Positions 26,312 to 39,043 of a DNA stretch of 64,000 nucleotides are shown piece after piece (position 1 is the stretch's first letter; the number at the start of each line of letters is the position of its first letter). The notes beneath the pieces are model-generated. The model saw only the letters and a list, made by a program, of their open reading frames with translations. It was not told where the DNA came from and ran no database searches. The position numbers and the translations under genes were made by a program. Source of the DNA: Octopus vulgaris (Eukaryota); the NCBI GenBank assembly GCA_951406725.2, contig OX597815.1:123690001-123754000 (forward strand). The letters run 5' to 3'.

Positions 26312-26318
<7 letters not shown>
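25449..26318 (+). mobile_element. Tandemly redundant (530-bp period) hammerhead-bearing repeat between TA-rich microsatellites
   Basis: 25449-25790 is repeated at 25979-26318. Each copy has CTGATGA...GAAA. Homologous to 37012-37465 on the opposite strand. Confidence 0.75.
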
Positions 26319-26376
<58 letters not shown>

Positions 26377-26521
26377 CAATTAAGGACAACTTCTTAATAA
26401 AGAAAACTTAACAAGAAATTATCGGGTAGATAGCGTGAAAAACCTCATAAAAGAAAAACTTTCGAAAATAATTCTTTCTTATTGAACATATTAATTTATA
26501 TATAGAGATTATATATAAATT

Positions 26522-27950
<1,429 letters not shown>

Positions 27951-28230
27951 AACAAAAGGGACATTAGCCATTTGAATGTGGCTAGGGACAGGGCAGGGCG
28001 GTGGGGGTGTTACTGATGCATTTAGCCCCAGGCGATCATCAACGTCGGTGCCAGCCTATCTGGTGACGTTGATGATCGCCTGGGGCTAAATGCATCAGTA
28101 ACACCCCCACCGCCCTGCCCTGTCCCCAGCCACATTCAAATGGCTAAGGTCCCTTTTGTTATGGAGCAGTTACTGTCTATATCTCGTTTAGAGAATTATT
28201 ATTGCTATATATATATATATATATATAAAT

Positions 28231-29120
28231 AAAGGGTGCGGTGAATAAAATGTGGTCTAAATTACGCAAAAATTAAAATAACACTGACATCTCATTTTAA
28301 CAGATATATTTATCAAATTGCATTAAAATATCTTGAAATACTAAAGAGTAAATTTATTCAATAAAATCGTCACTGGCTTCAACCACGGCCTCCAGACGAC
28401 TTCGGAATATCCTGTAACTTTTCTGGACACTCTCCTTGTTTAAGGTAATGAATGCTGTCACAATCCTTGCCTTCAGTTTAGCTTTGGTGTTACAAGGAGT
28501 TTTGCTGGTCTCTCGTTCAACTGCGCCCCACACATAATAATCAAGGGTGTTGCATTCTGGAGAGTGAGGTGGCCAGATGTTAGGGGTGATGTGGTCGCAG
28601 AAATTGTCTGATAATCATGACTAGGTTCTCCTGCTCGTGTGGCATGGTGCAGAGTCCTTTTGCCAGATATAAGGTCTTCCAGCAACCACTCTATTGACCC
28701 AAGACAGCACTACCTCCTCCAGGCACTAGATGTAAGCCACCGTGTTGAGTCTGAGGCCGTGTGGGAAGATGAATGGAAGCATAACGTCGCTATTACTAGT
28801 GATCACTCCAAACACCAAGTTGTTGGCTAGATGTTTTATGTTTACCACTCTCGGTACATTTCTTCAGATTGCACTTTCCTCAGATTGACATCCGAACACT
28901 CTGAAATGTTCGTATTGGAGGTCCGGCGCGAATGCCAAGCAGTACAGGATGTTGTTTCCAAATTTCTGGCAGAGTGAGTTGCGTCATGATGCTGTTTTTC
29001 TCATAGACAGTGCCCAAGTGATCTTACTTTACTGTGTAGTCAACAAAATCCAAAACAAACAATACGCATGCGCGAAATTAAAAATATAAAATGGTGACAA
29101 TTCACCCGTTGCATTCTGTG
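28231..29120 (-). mobile_element. Internally deleted Tc1/mariner-family transposon
   Basis: Minus-strand translation WP.HSPECNTLDYYVWGAVERETSKTPCNTKAKLKARI...RSRLEAVVEASDDFIE*. Degenerate TIRs lie next to TA. Confidence 0.8.
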
Positions 29121-29772
29121 TATGTGTGTGTGTGTAGCTTACTGTTCCGTGATGGTAAGATCAACAAAATGTACTCCATCAGATGAGTTGTTGGCTAGAT
29201 GTTTTATGTTTACCACTCTCGGTACATTTCTTCAGATTGCACTTTCCTCAAAATGAGAGAAAAAGTGAAAAAGAATTAGATATAGAAGGTGGAATGTTGA
29301 AAAACTGGAAACGAAAAAGAAAAAAAAAAAAAGCGAAAGGGGGAGATTAGAGTTGTTTCTCCTTAGACTGTAAAATATAAGACTGAAAAGATAGTGGCTT
29401 AGAGTCTGTGGTACAGTTGTTCAATTTGGAGAGGACGACACTTTCCAGTTCGTCAACAGGAACTTAGCCATATGCTTACAACCGCTGAAAATTAGTTCTA
29501 AAACATTACTGAATTTTAGGTCCGGATTTTCAACCTTCCACCTTTTATATCTACTTCTTTCTCGCCTTTTCTCACTTGTCTCTCATTCTATCGTCCCATT
29601 TTTAGTTCATTATGCCATGTGGGCAGTATCTGATGATTGTGCTAGGACACCAGACGTGTTAAAAAATACTGTCTGGCATGCTCTCAGTACATGAAATAGT
29701 AGCACATAAAAACAAATATTGTGATTATTACATCCACACCCACACACGCATACACACATAATGTAATATAAC

Positions 29773-29818
<46 letters not shown>

Positions 29819-30096
29819 CATTCAACTACGGTAGTAGTTGAATAATATTCTTAACGAAGCTTTTTTATTGCAGTCGGCGTCTTCCAAACAATCTCACAAA
29901 TTCAGTTTTAATCAAAATCAAATTTAGTTTCTTTGAATTATGTTTGACTAGTGATAAGCTACATTTAGACATAAAACACTTAAAAGTTGGTGCAGTAGAA
30001 CAAAAGTTAAGAGAAAAAATGTATAGACCAAACTGGTTGACTGACGGGCAGTAACGCCCGACATCGACACTTTGAATGCACACCATTTTTTTTAAT

Positions 30097-32440
30097 GATG
30101 AGGCTGCTGTATACTTCTTCAATGTTCTCAGCATCTATTTCAGAAGTAGACAAAGATTTAAATGTGTTATAGACCTCAATAGTAAATTGTTTGGACATAT
30201 CGGGGTTAGATAAGACTTCCTCCCAGTCGATCGTTTTCATCGGGTGAGGCTTAGCTTTTTTGGATGAGCGAAGACTAAGCTTAAGGGTAGCTGATACAAT
30301 TCTGTGGTCAGAGCCGACAGAACTAAAGGAAGAGTAGGATCTCGAGTTTTTAACACTATTGCGCCATTTCTTTCGAAAGATGAGGTAGTCAATTTGTGCC
30401 CTATCACCAAGTTAATTCAACAGTTGGAGGTATCGGATTTCTACTTTCATCAAAAGCCAGTGATACTCTCTTGAGTGTAGAGTCAATCTCACCTAGAAGA
30501 GTAGGGGCCAGAGCAAACCTTCTAATTCCCCAAATGTCATCGAAGCCAGAAACCATCTAAAGTCTATATCACTAGCTTACCACCGTTCTCCAACCCAGTC
30601 ACTGAAGACCCAACTCATAGTTGCCAAGAAGAATCTTGATGAGGCTTACTTGAACGCCGAGGTCGACTTTATCAATGGCAAAATTAGTAAACTATCCAAA
30701 GAGCACATTAGTAAAAAACACCATCTCGCTTGGAAATCCATCAAAGACCTATCAGGCAAAAATTCTGGGTCATCAATTAGAATTAAAGGGGGATCAGCTA
30801 AGAAACGTTTAGAAAATTGGTCAACCCATTTTAAAAACCTCCTTGGGAAGAATGCCAAAATCCCTGATAACCCCACTCTTCCAAGTGTGCCTATATCAGA
30901 CACGCTGGACATCAACACCTCCCCTTTTACCATATTTGAACTAACAGCAGCCACCAAGCAACTAAAAGCCTCGAAAGCATTTGGTCACGACAACATCCCA
31001 GCTATAATTTGGAAGGATGATAGATTTCACACACTTTTGCTCAACCTCTGCAACCACACACTTTCCACCTTTGTCGCTCCAAAGATTTGGCACCAATCTC
31101 AAATCATCCCAATACCCAAAAAAGGCGATTTATCCCTCGTCACCAAATACAGGGGTATATCTCTAATGTCAATTGCTGCAAAACTGTACAACAAACTGAT
31201 CCTAAATCGTCTTGTCCTTTTTGTTGAACCTTTGCTCCGAAAGAACCAAAATAGATTCAGACATGGGCGCTCAACGCTGAGCCAGATACTATGTCTACGC
31301 AGACTTATTGAAGAATCAAAAGCATTTAATCGGGATCTTGAAATGGTATTTGTAGACTTTTCTAAAGCGTTCGATTCTGTAGATAGGTACAATATGTTTG
31401 AAATCCTTAAGCTCTATGGGATACCAGACAAAATCATTTCTGCCATCAAGGTCCTCTACACAGATACGTCTTCAACCATCTTAACCCCTGACGGAGAAAC
31501 ATCATCTTTCTCAATCAAAGCCGGAATACTGCAGGGAGACACACTCGCCCCATTTCTTTTCACCATTGTTGTTGATTATGTGCTACGTATGTCAGTTGAT
31601 ACCATCTCTGGCAAGGGCTTTGAAATAAAACCAAGAAGAAGTTCCAGATACCCAGCTGAGTACTTGACAGACACTGACTTTGCTGACGACATCGCTCTTA
31701 TCAGTGATTCTCTCTCCAATGCCCAGTCTCTTTTACAATATCTTGAACAAGCCTCAAATTGTGTAGGTCTTTACCTCAATGAGGCCAAAACTGAATACAT
31801 AAACAAGTGTCTGTCCAACAGTGATTGCATCATCCATACTCTCAACAATGCGCCCTTAAATATGGTTTCTGATTATAAATATCTTGGGTCATACATATCA
31901 TCATCTGGAAAAGATTTTCTAACTAGAAAGGGTATGGCCTGGTCAGCCTGTAATGACATGCATAAGATCTGGTCATCAAATCTAAGTAGAGACTTCAAAC
32001 TTGAAATCTTCAAAGCCACAGTCGAACCAATTCTACTATATGGCTCAGAAACCTGGACGTTATCAAAGAAGCTTGAAAGGCGGTTGGATGGAACCTACAC
32101 TCACCTCCTTATGAGAGCTCAAAATCTCTCGTGGAAGCGTCATCCAACCAAAATGCAAATATATGGGAAACTACCACCTGTGTCATCTCTTGTGAAAGAT
32201 AGGAGAGTCCAGTTTGCTGGACATTGTTGTAGAGCTGAAAAAGAAGTAATTTCTACTCTTCTCATCTGGAAGCCATCTACTCCCAATACCAGAGGGCGCA
32301 CACTCTCCTACCCTGATGTAATCTCTAGGGATACAAGCATCCAGCAACAGGACCTCCGTAATGCTATGATGGACCTTGAAGTCTGGCATAGCATGGTCAA
32401 TTCCATTGTCTGGACCACGGTCGAACAATGATGATGATGA
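30097..32440 (+). mobile_element. RTE-clade LINE, 5'-truncated with 5' inversion
   Basis: RT ORF on +. The end of the APE endonuclease (QIDY..SDH) is inverted at 30097-30409. (TGA)n tail. TSD about atttttttaat (30085-30096 / 32440-32450). Confidence 0.92.
30650..32431 (+). CDS. RTE reverse transcriptase (uninterrupted, N-terminally truncated)
   Basis: YRGISL, FVDFSKAFDSV, GILQGD, FADD, YKYLG and LLYGSETW motifs. Confidence 0.9.
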   Translation: MNAEVDFINGKISKLSKEHISKKHHLAWKSIKDLSGKNSGSSIRIKGGSAKKRLENWSTHFKNLLGKNAKIPDNPTLPSVPISDTLDINTSPFTIFELTAATKQLKASKAFGHDNIPAIIWKDDRFHTLLLNLCNHTLSTFVAPKIWHQSQIIPIPKKGDLSLVTKYRGISLMSIAAKLYNKLILNRLVLFVEPLLRKNQNRFRHGRSTLSQILCLRRLIEESKAFNRDLEMVFVDFSKAFDSVDRYNMFEILKLYGIPDKIISAIKVLYTDTSSTILTPDGETSSFSIKAGILQGDTLAPFLFTIVVDYVLRMSVDTISGKGFEIKPRRSSRYPAEYLTDTDFADDIALISDSLSNAQSLLQYLEQASNCVGLYLNEAKTEYINKCLSNSDCIIHTLNNAPLNMVSDYKYLGSYISSSGKDFLTRKGMAWSACNDMHKIWSSNLSRDFKLEIFKATVEPILLYGSETWTLSKKLERRLDGTYTHLLMRAQNLSWKRHPTKMQIYGKLPPVSSLVKDRRVQFAGHCCRAEKEVISTLLIWKPSTPNTRGRTLSYPDVISRDTSIQQQDLRNAMMDLEVWHSMVNSIVWTTVEQ

Positions 32441-33309
32441 TTTTTTTAATTTTAAGAATTATTATATTGACATTAATATGAAAGAGAAATGTTAAAGGAA
32501 TATATTGGTAAAGGTTTCCTAAAATTTCATCCATTAGAAAAAAAAGATATTTAATTTTACTTCTCAAATTTTTAATCAATTTTTGTGTGATATTAATAGG
32601 ATACTACTCATATATGAACTAAACTATTTCAAAGGTGCACAAACAACAAAAGATAGAAAACAACACAAATTGATACAAAGAGTTCTAATATTTATTTTCA
32701 TTAGTCTAACTTAATTTTTTATACAAAAATTTTTTTGCTTAATTTTTTGTAGTATGGCTTTTTAAAGTCCATTTTTGAATAAATTATTTTAATAACAAAA
32801 TTATTTTTTGGATTTTGTCTCTATGAGTAGTACTGAATCATGTAGGGCTGTTCAGAAAAGGCAAATGATAAATATTCAAATATTTATAATTTATAATCTT
32901 ATAGTAAATAGAATATGATTATTTGTGGCTTTATCTCTATGAGCAGGACTGAAGTCTGTAGTAAAGCTGTTCAGAAAAGGCAAATGCTACTTTAAGTATA
33001 TTCTATTCAATATTAATTTAATTTAATTTATCTAAAATAAAGTCATTTTATCAAATTTGTATCCTCATTTTTTTTTCATTATTTAAAAAATTCTTTAAAT
33101 ATATTCATTTGTAACTTTGTCTCTGTACAGTACCGAAATTACAGTACGTACACTATGTCCAGAAAAGGCAAAGTTGCGATTATTATCATTCATTTTATTT
33201 GAATTTTCTAGGAAATTTTTGAATTCAAAATGACTGCAAAAAATGGTAATTTTATATATTTTTAATTAAAATTTTACTATTACTGCAATGCCTGTAAAAA
33301 CACTAGACT

Positions 33310-33646
33310 GGCCAATGAAAAATGCGGACGCATACTAACAATATTCTTAACAATTAAACCTGGAAAAACATTAAAAAATTAGGGCTTAAAATATTGCTGC
33401 TAAAATTAAAATCTTAAATTTTTCTATTAATTCATTTAGTACAAAAAATAAAATTAACATAAAAAACGAAAAATGAAATTGATTGAATTAAAAAAAAAAT
33501 ATGAAAAAGTACCCAAGAGGTACTTTTTAATCTTAATTTTAGCAGCAATATTTTATGCTCTAATTTTCATGAGTTTTTTCTTCTTTACTTTTTCAAGTTT
33601 AATTGTTCAGAATATTGTTAGCATGCGTCCGCATTTTTCATTGGCT
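33310..33646. repeat. Imperfect inverted repeat (fold-back / MITE-like)
   Basis: About 110-bp arms (gccaatgaaaaatgcggacgcat... / ...atgcgtccgcatttttcattggc). Three copies of a ...gttcagaaaaggcaaa motif lie upstream (about 32815, 32930, 33115). Confidence 0.7.
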
Positions 33647-33972
33647 GTCCCACTGCATGGCACCTTGGGCAAGTGTCTTCTACTATAGCCTCGGGCCGAC
33701 CAAAGCCTTGTGAATGGAAACTGAAATAAGCCCGTCGTATATATGTGTATGTATGTATGTGTGTGCATATGTTTGTGTATTTGTGTTTATCTCCCCAATA
33801 TCGCTTGACAACTGATGTTGGTGTGCTTACGTCCCCATAATTTAGCGGTTCGGCAAAAGAGACCGATAAAATAAGTACTAGGCTTACAAAGAATAAGTCC
33901 TGGGGTCGATTTGCTCGACTAAAGGTGGTGCTCCAGCATGGCCGCAGTCAAATGACTGAAACAAGTAAAAGA

Positions 33973-34044
<72 letters not shown>

Positions 34045-34248
34045 GTGTGTGTCTGTGTGTATGTTTGTGTGTCTGTGTTCCCACAACATCACTTGACAAC
34101 GGGTGTTGGTGTTTTTACGTCCCCGTAACTTAGTGGTTCGGCAAAAGAGTCCGATAGAATAAGTGCTAGGCTTACAAAGAATAAGTCCTGAGGTCAATTT
34201 GCTCAACAAAAGGCGGTACTCCAGCCTGAATCAAATAAAAGAATGAAA

Positions 34249-34312
<64 letters not shown>

Positions 34313-35807
34313 TTGGAAATAGATGCTTGGCTTTCGATCATATAATAATATAAATAATATATATAAATATATGCATGTATACATACATATATGTACATGC
34401 CTACATATATATGTATACATACATGCATGTATGGGTACAGGACATCAAAAAAACGTCAACAAAATGAGAAACGAGAACATAAGAAACAAAAACAGAAAAC
34501 GAACTTTTTTTCGAACAACGAAAGAAACAAATAGAGAAACGAGACAGGCAACATAAAGAACATTCCCTGCATCAGTTGTCTCCCTGTTTTATCTATTCGG
34601 CGTTACGAAGGTAGGGACAAGACGCAATTTGTTAAAACAGTCCTTCACGCAAACCAAATTAAATAAAATTTGGGATTTTTGGTGGAGGGTTAAAGTGGTA
34701 ACAGAAACAGAACAGTAAGAATATAACAGTAAAAACAAACGGTGAGGGCTGTTAAGCCAAGACGATGTGAAGTGGTGAACACTGGATAAACGAGCTTTGA
34801 GAAGAGATAGCAAAAAGCACGTCTTGACTTTAGGAAGGAAGGAAGTGGAAGAAAGAAAGATGGATAGCTGTTGGTCACGTGTGAGCAACGAGAGAGTCAA
34901 GGAGGAAGAGTGCGAGAGAGAGAGAGAGAGAGAGAGAGAGGGAACGCTGAAGGGAGAGGAGAAGAATAGGGAAAGGGTGGGAGAGAAAAAAAGAAAGGAA
35001 GAAGAATAAGACAGGGAGACACATAGAAAGAATAGAGAGGGATAGAGTGTGCATCGGAATTATAAAGATAAAACTTACTTGAAAATGGATGCGTGGTGTT
35101 CGATAATATAAATAATGTATATATAATTATATAATATATATAATTATATATAATATATATAATTATATATAATATATATCATTATGTAATATATAATATA
35201 AATAATATATAAATATATGCATATATATATACATATATGTACATACCTACATATATATGTATATATACATGCATATATGAGTACAGGACATCAAAAAAGT
35301 CAACAAAAGGAGAAACGAGAGCATAAAAAACAAAAACATAGAAAACGGACTTGTTTTTCGAACAACGAAAGAAAGAAATAAAGAAATGAGACAGGCAGCA
35401 TAAAGAATATTCCCTTCATCATTATGAGATTACCCCGGGTTTCCCGTCGATAAAGGGTTTAGCGTTATGGCGTATCGTCAGACTCCCAAAACCTACTGAC
35501 CTAAGACCCCTTCAAAATATGGAAGGGAAAATGCTTCGGTACGAAGGTTAACAATAAAGGATTATCTCCCTTTGTCATTGGCTGTCGACTTCCGGCCGTG
35601 TCGCCATATTGCGGTCTCTAAAATGGAGGGGGCATGGAGATAAACAGTAGGGGATTATCCCCCTTTGCCATTGGCTATCAACTTCCGGGTGTGTCACCAA
35701 CTTGCGGTCTCCAAAACGCTAACAAGCATTTCGTACTTGATAAATTCTTATATAGATTTTATCCTATTTCAAATTATATCTCTCTCTCTATATATGTATA
35801 TATGTAC

Positions 35808-35858
<51 letters not shown>

Positions 35859-35861
35859 CAT

Positions 35862-36455
35862 AAATTATATTAATCATGAGGACACATTAAAGTGTCTACC
35901 CGCTAGAAATTTGAGTTAAAACCCTCCTTTGGACCACCAAAATATTTACACTGAAAATAACAGATTCAATAGTATACAAGCAAGTGTACCTATATAGCAT
36001 AAAGCTATATATTTAATGGTACAGGTATATATGTGCACCGGTTTCTTGTTTGATACAAAAATCTTACCTTTTTCAGCACGTCTTAACCCTTTGAAGCACC
36101 TTTACAATCTGCCATGTTGAAATCTGCTGGTGTCTTTAATTGCTAAGTACCAAAATGTGGACAGCATTAGAGTGAAAAGTACTAATCAGCAGTAAAAATA
36201 TTCAGACGCGAATACTTTTAAAGATATTAATATTGTTATTATTATCGAAGGCAATACAAATAGTTCACAATAATAACAATATTAATATAGGTGGTTGCAG
36301 GCCTAAATCAGCATTATATAGCTATAGAATTAAAATTATATTAACCATAAGGATACATTAAAGCGTCTACCTACAAGAAATGACAGTTAAAAACTTCATT
36401 TGGACCACTAAAATATGGACCACTACTTTAATGTGTCCTTATGATTAATATAATT
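35862..36455 (-). mobile_element. Terminally redundant (about 470-bp period) repeat with decayed hammerhead and terminal inversion
   Basis: 35862-35945 is repeated at about 36335-36415. 36425-36455 is an inverted copy of the start. Adjacent to (TA)n. Confidence 0.6.
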
Positions 36456-36554
36456 CTCGTCGCCGGAATTTTAACAAAAAAAAAACAAAACAAAAACAAG
36501 GTGATTTATTAGTACAAAACTCAATATCCTCTGTATAATCATACTGCTTTACAT

Positions 36555-36937
36555 TTTTTCCGCTAAAAGCTTTCTTGATTACCTCCTTCGTAATCTCAAA
36601 AAACATCTTGACCATTGGTCCAGCCGTTTGATCGTGAAAAGAGAACAGACAGAGAGACAGACGGACATGACGCTCATTATAATAAGAAGTTGACTTACTT
36701 CCCTTTGTTTCTTTTATTAGTTATCTCCCCCTTAATACTTATTTAAATTTTTTACACCCGTAGACTGAATAATTGCCATCGATACCCACTAAATAACCAT
36801 ATTTTTTCAGGTTTTGTTTCGCTAAAATCCTTCCTGATTACCTCCTTCGTAATCCCGAAAAGCATCGTGACCATTGGTCCAGCTGTTTGATTGTGAAAAG
36901 GGAACACACAGACGGACATAACGTCCATTATAGTAAG

Positions 36938-36940
<3 letters not shown>
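36555..36940 (-). mobile_element. Two tandem Helitron-like 5' end fragments
   Basis: About 130-bp segment duplicated (36560-36690, 36820-36940). On minus each starts TCTTA.TATAA, followed by a (gtct)n-like tract. Confidence 0.5.
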
Positions 36941-37003
<63 letters not shown>

Positions 37004-37274
37004 CATACATATAAAATTAAATAAGGGTAGAAATTGATATTAATCAATTAAAACCAGTGGCCTAGCATATTTTAAAAAAATCCGAGGATTAAAATTTTTT
37101 TTACATATAAAATTTAGAGGACTGGCTACTTAAAGTGGACAGCCTATATGCTAGATATAGACGTCAAATCGCCATTTTCCTCGAAGAATGTGTTCTCAAG
37201 AAAAAACTCAGCAAAAATCCAAAATTTAAAAATAAGCAAGACAAATGAAAATATACAAAATAAAAAACGATTAC

Positions 37275-37348
37275 CTATGTACTAATTAGTTTCAATTGTT
37301 AATATTTACGTATATGGACACGAAACATCTGCAAGATCATCAGCATAG
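37275..37348 (-). ncRNA. Putative type I hammerhead ribozyme
   Basis: ctatg-CTGATGA-[long stem II region]-GAAA-ctaattag (palindromic stem III)-TA-catag. Confidence 0.65.
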
Positions 37349-37768
37349 TCTGTTGTTTGCAAAACACAACTTCCAGAACTAGATACAGAACGCTCAACCG
37401 AAATCCAGCATGTATAACGTTCTACAAATTATATTTATGTGTATCCTTTCAAATGCCTTCACTTAGTAGTCAGTCCTCTAAATTGTTGCACACACGCATT
37501 TTTGCTAATACATACGCGGTGAAGCTACACATTAGCGTCGTATTTTTACGTTCGCTATTTCCAGTAAATATCGGTACTTAGTTGTGCCATTTATTTACTA
37601 ATTTATGTATTTTTCCCTCACGGGCTACTTTTTACTGGAAGGCAATACTTTGTATTGCATTACTGATATTTTGAAACTTCTTCACCGTTTCTCGTACTGT
37701 TAGCGTTCCGCATTTCAGTCGAGTGTGTTAGTATTAATGTGGTAACATCGTAGATTTCGTCTTGGTAT

Positions 37769-37846
37769 ATGTTTGGCTGATGAAGGTAAAACAAAATATG
37801 GGTGAGAGACATATCTTGTAAAACCTGAAACCTGCAGGTACCACAT
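37769..37846 (+). ncRNA. Putative type I hammerhead ribozyme
   Basis: tgg-CTGATGA-aggt...acct-GAAA-cctgcagg (palindrome)-TA-cca. Extended stem II acaa/ttgt and atatg/catat. Confidence 0.8.
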
Positions 37847-38034
37847 TATCCTTTTCCGGGTGTTTCATCTTTCAGATGTTCTCCCTGGAGGTAAGACGTT
37901 TTTTTTCTCTAATTTGTTGCACACACGCATTTTTGCTAATACATACGCGGTGAAGCTACACATTAGCGTCGTATTTTTACGTTCGCTATTTCCAGTAAAT
38001 ATCGGTACTTAGTTGTGCCATTTATTTACTAATT

Positions 38035-38101
<67 letters not shown>

Positions 38102-38130
38102 AAAATAAGCAACAGGATATCAAGAAGTGA

Positions 38131-38216
38131 TGCAGTACGACCGTTTCAAGCGGCTCCATTTAACTGAACAATGCAATCATTACATCAATTTAAATGCAGA
38201 GCTATCATCAGCTGCA
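38131..38216 (-). ncRNA. Putative type I hammerhead ribozyme
   Basis: tgcag-CTGATGA-t agc...gct t-GAAA-cggtcg-TA-ctgca. Confidence 0.7.
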
Positions 38217-39043
38217 CAAATAAATAGAATTTTAATCAGTCAGATACATTAACATAATTTTACTCAAATACTTTAATAGAGCAAGAAGATGGAAGAAATC
38301 CATGTTGTCACTATTGTAGCTAAAAATACACTTTCTTCGAAGAAAGGCATGGAGCTTACTGGGTTCATAGCTTGTAAAGGATTATGGTTCGTTTCTAATT
38401 TATTTGTCTTTTTATCAACTACTAAATCTAAGACTATATGTGTGTGTGTGTGTTTGTGTGGGTGGGTGGTGGAGGTAATAAGGATTAATAAAACCAGGCA
38501 GATATCTTGTAAGCACTCATCTAATTTTAGCAATAAAATAAAGGAACATGGTGGTAATTTCACCTGTGTAAATAAAAGAAAGGCTAAATCAAAGAATATC
38601 ATCTGGTATAATATATCATTCATATGTTACATAACTAATAATATCGCTCGGAAATTCTTCGCAGTACTTGACAAATGTAGCCCACCTTCCAGTACGTACG
38701 AAAAATGATTTAATCGCCATAAATTAAAATTTTCCTATTCAGCCACTAGAAATTCGGCCGAAATTATCTCAGCACATCACAAAAATAAATTAGAGAGTAT
38801 GTCAACTCAAAAATAGTAAATCCCTGTAAGAATTATAGATCGATTGTGCGATAAACTGTAATGTTAGGACATCACAGATTTAGTTATACGCTAATACATT
38901 TACATAATGTATTTAGATAACGTACACAAATAAATCCCGTCATTTTGACGAGTATTACTCAGTTATATAAAGTATGACATACCGGTATGTATGTATGTAT
39001 GTATGTATGTATGTATGTATGTATGTATGTATGTATGTATGTA

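Noticed and set aside
35490-35545. Possible hammerhead (ctgaccta...gaaa)
   Set aside because: The core deviates from CUGANGA and there is no convincing stem I or III.
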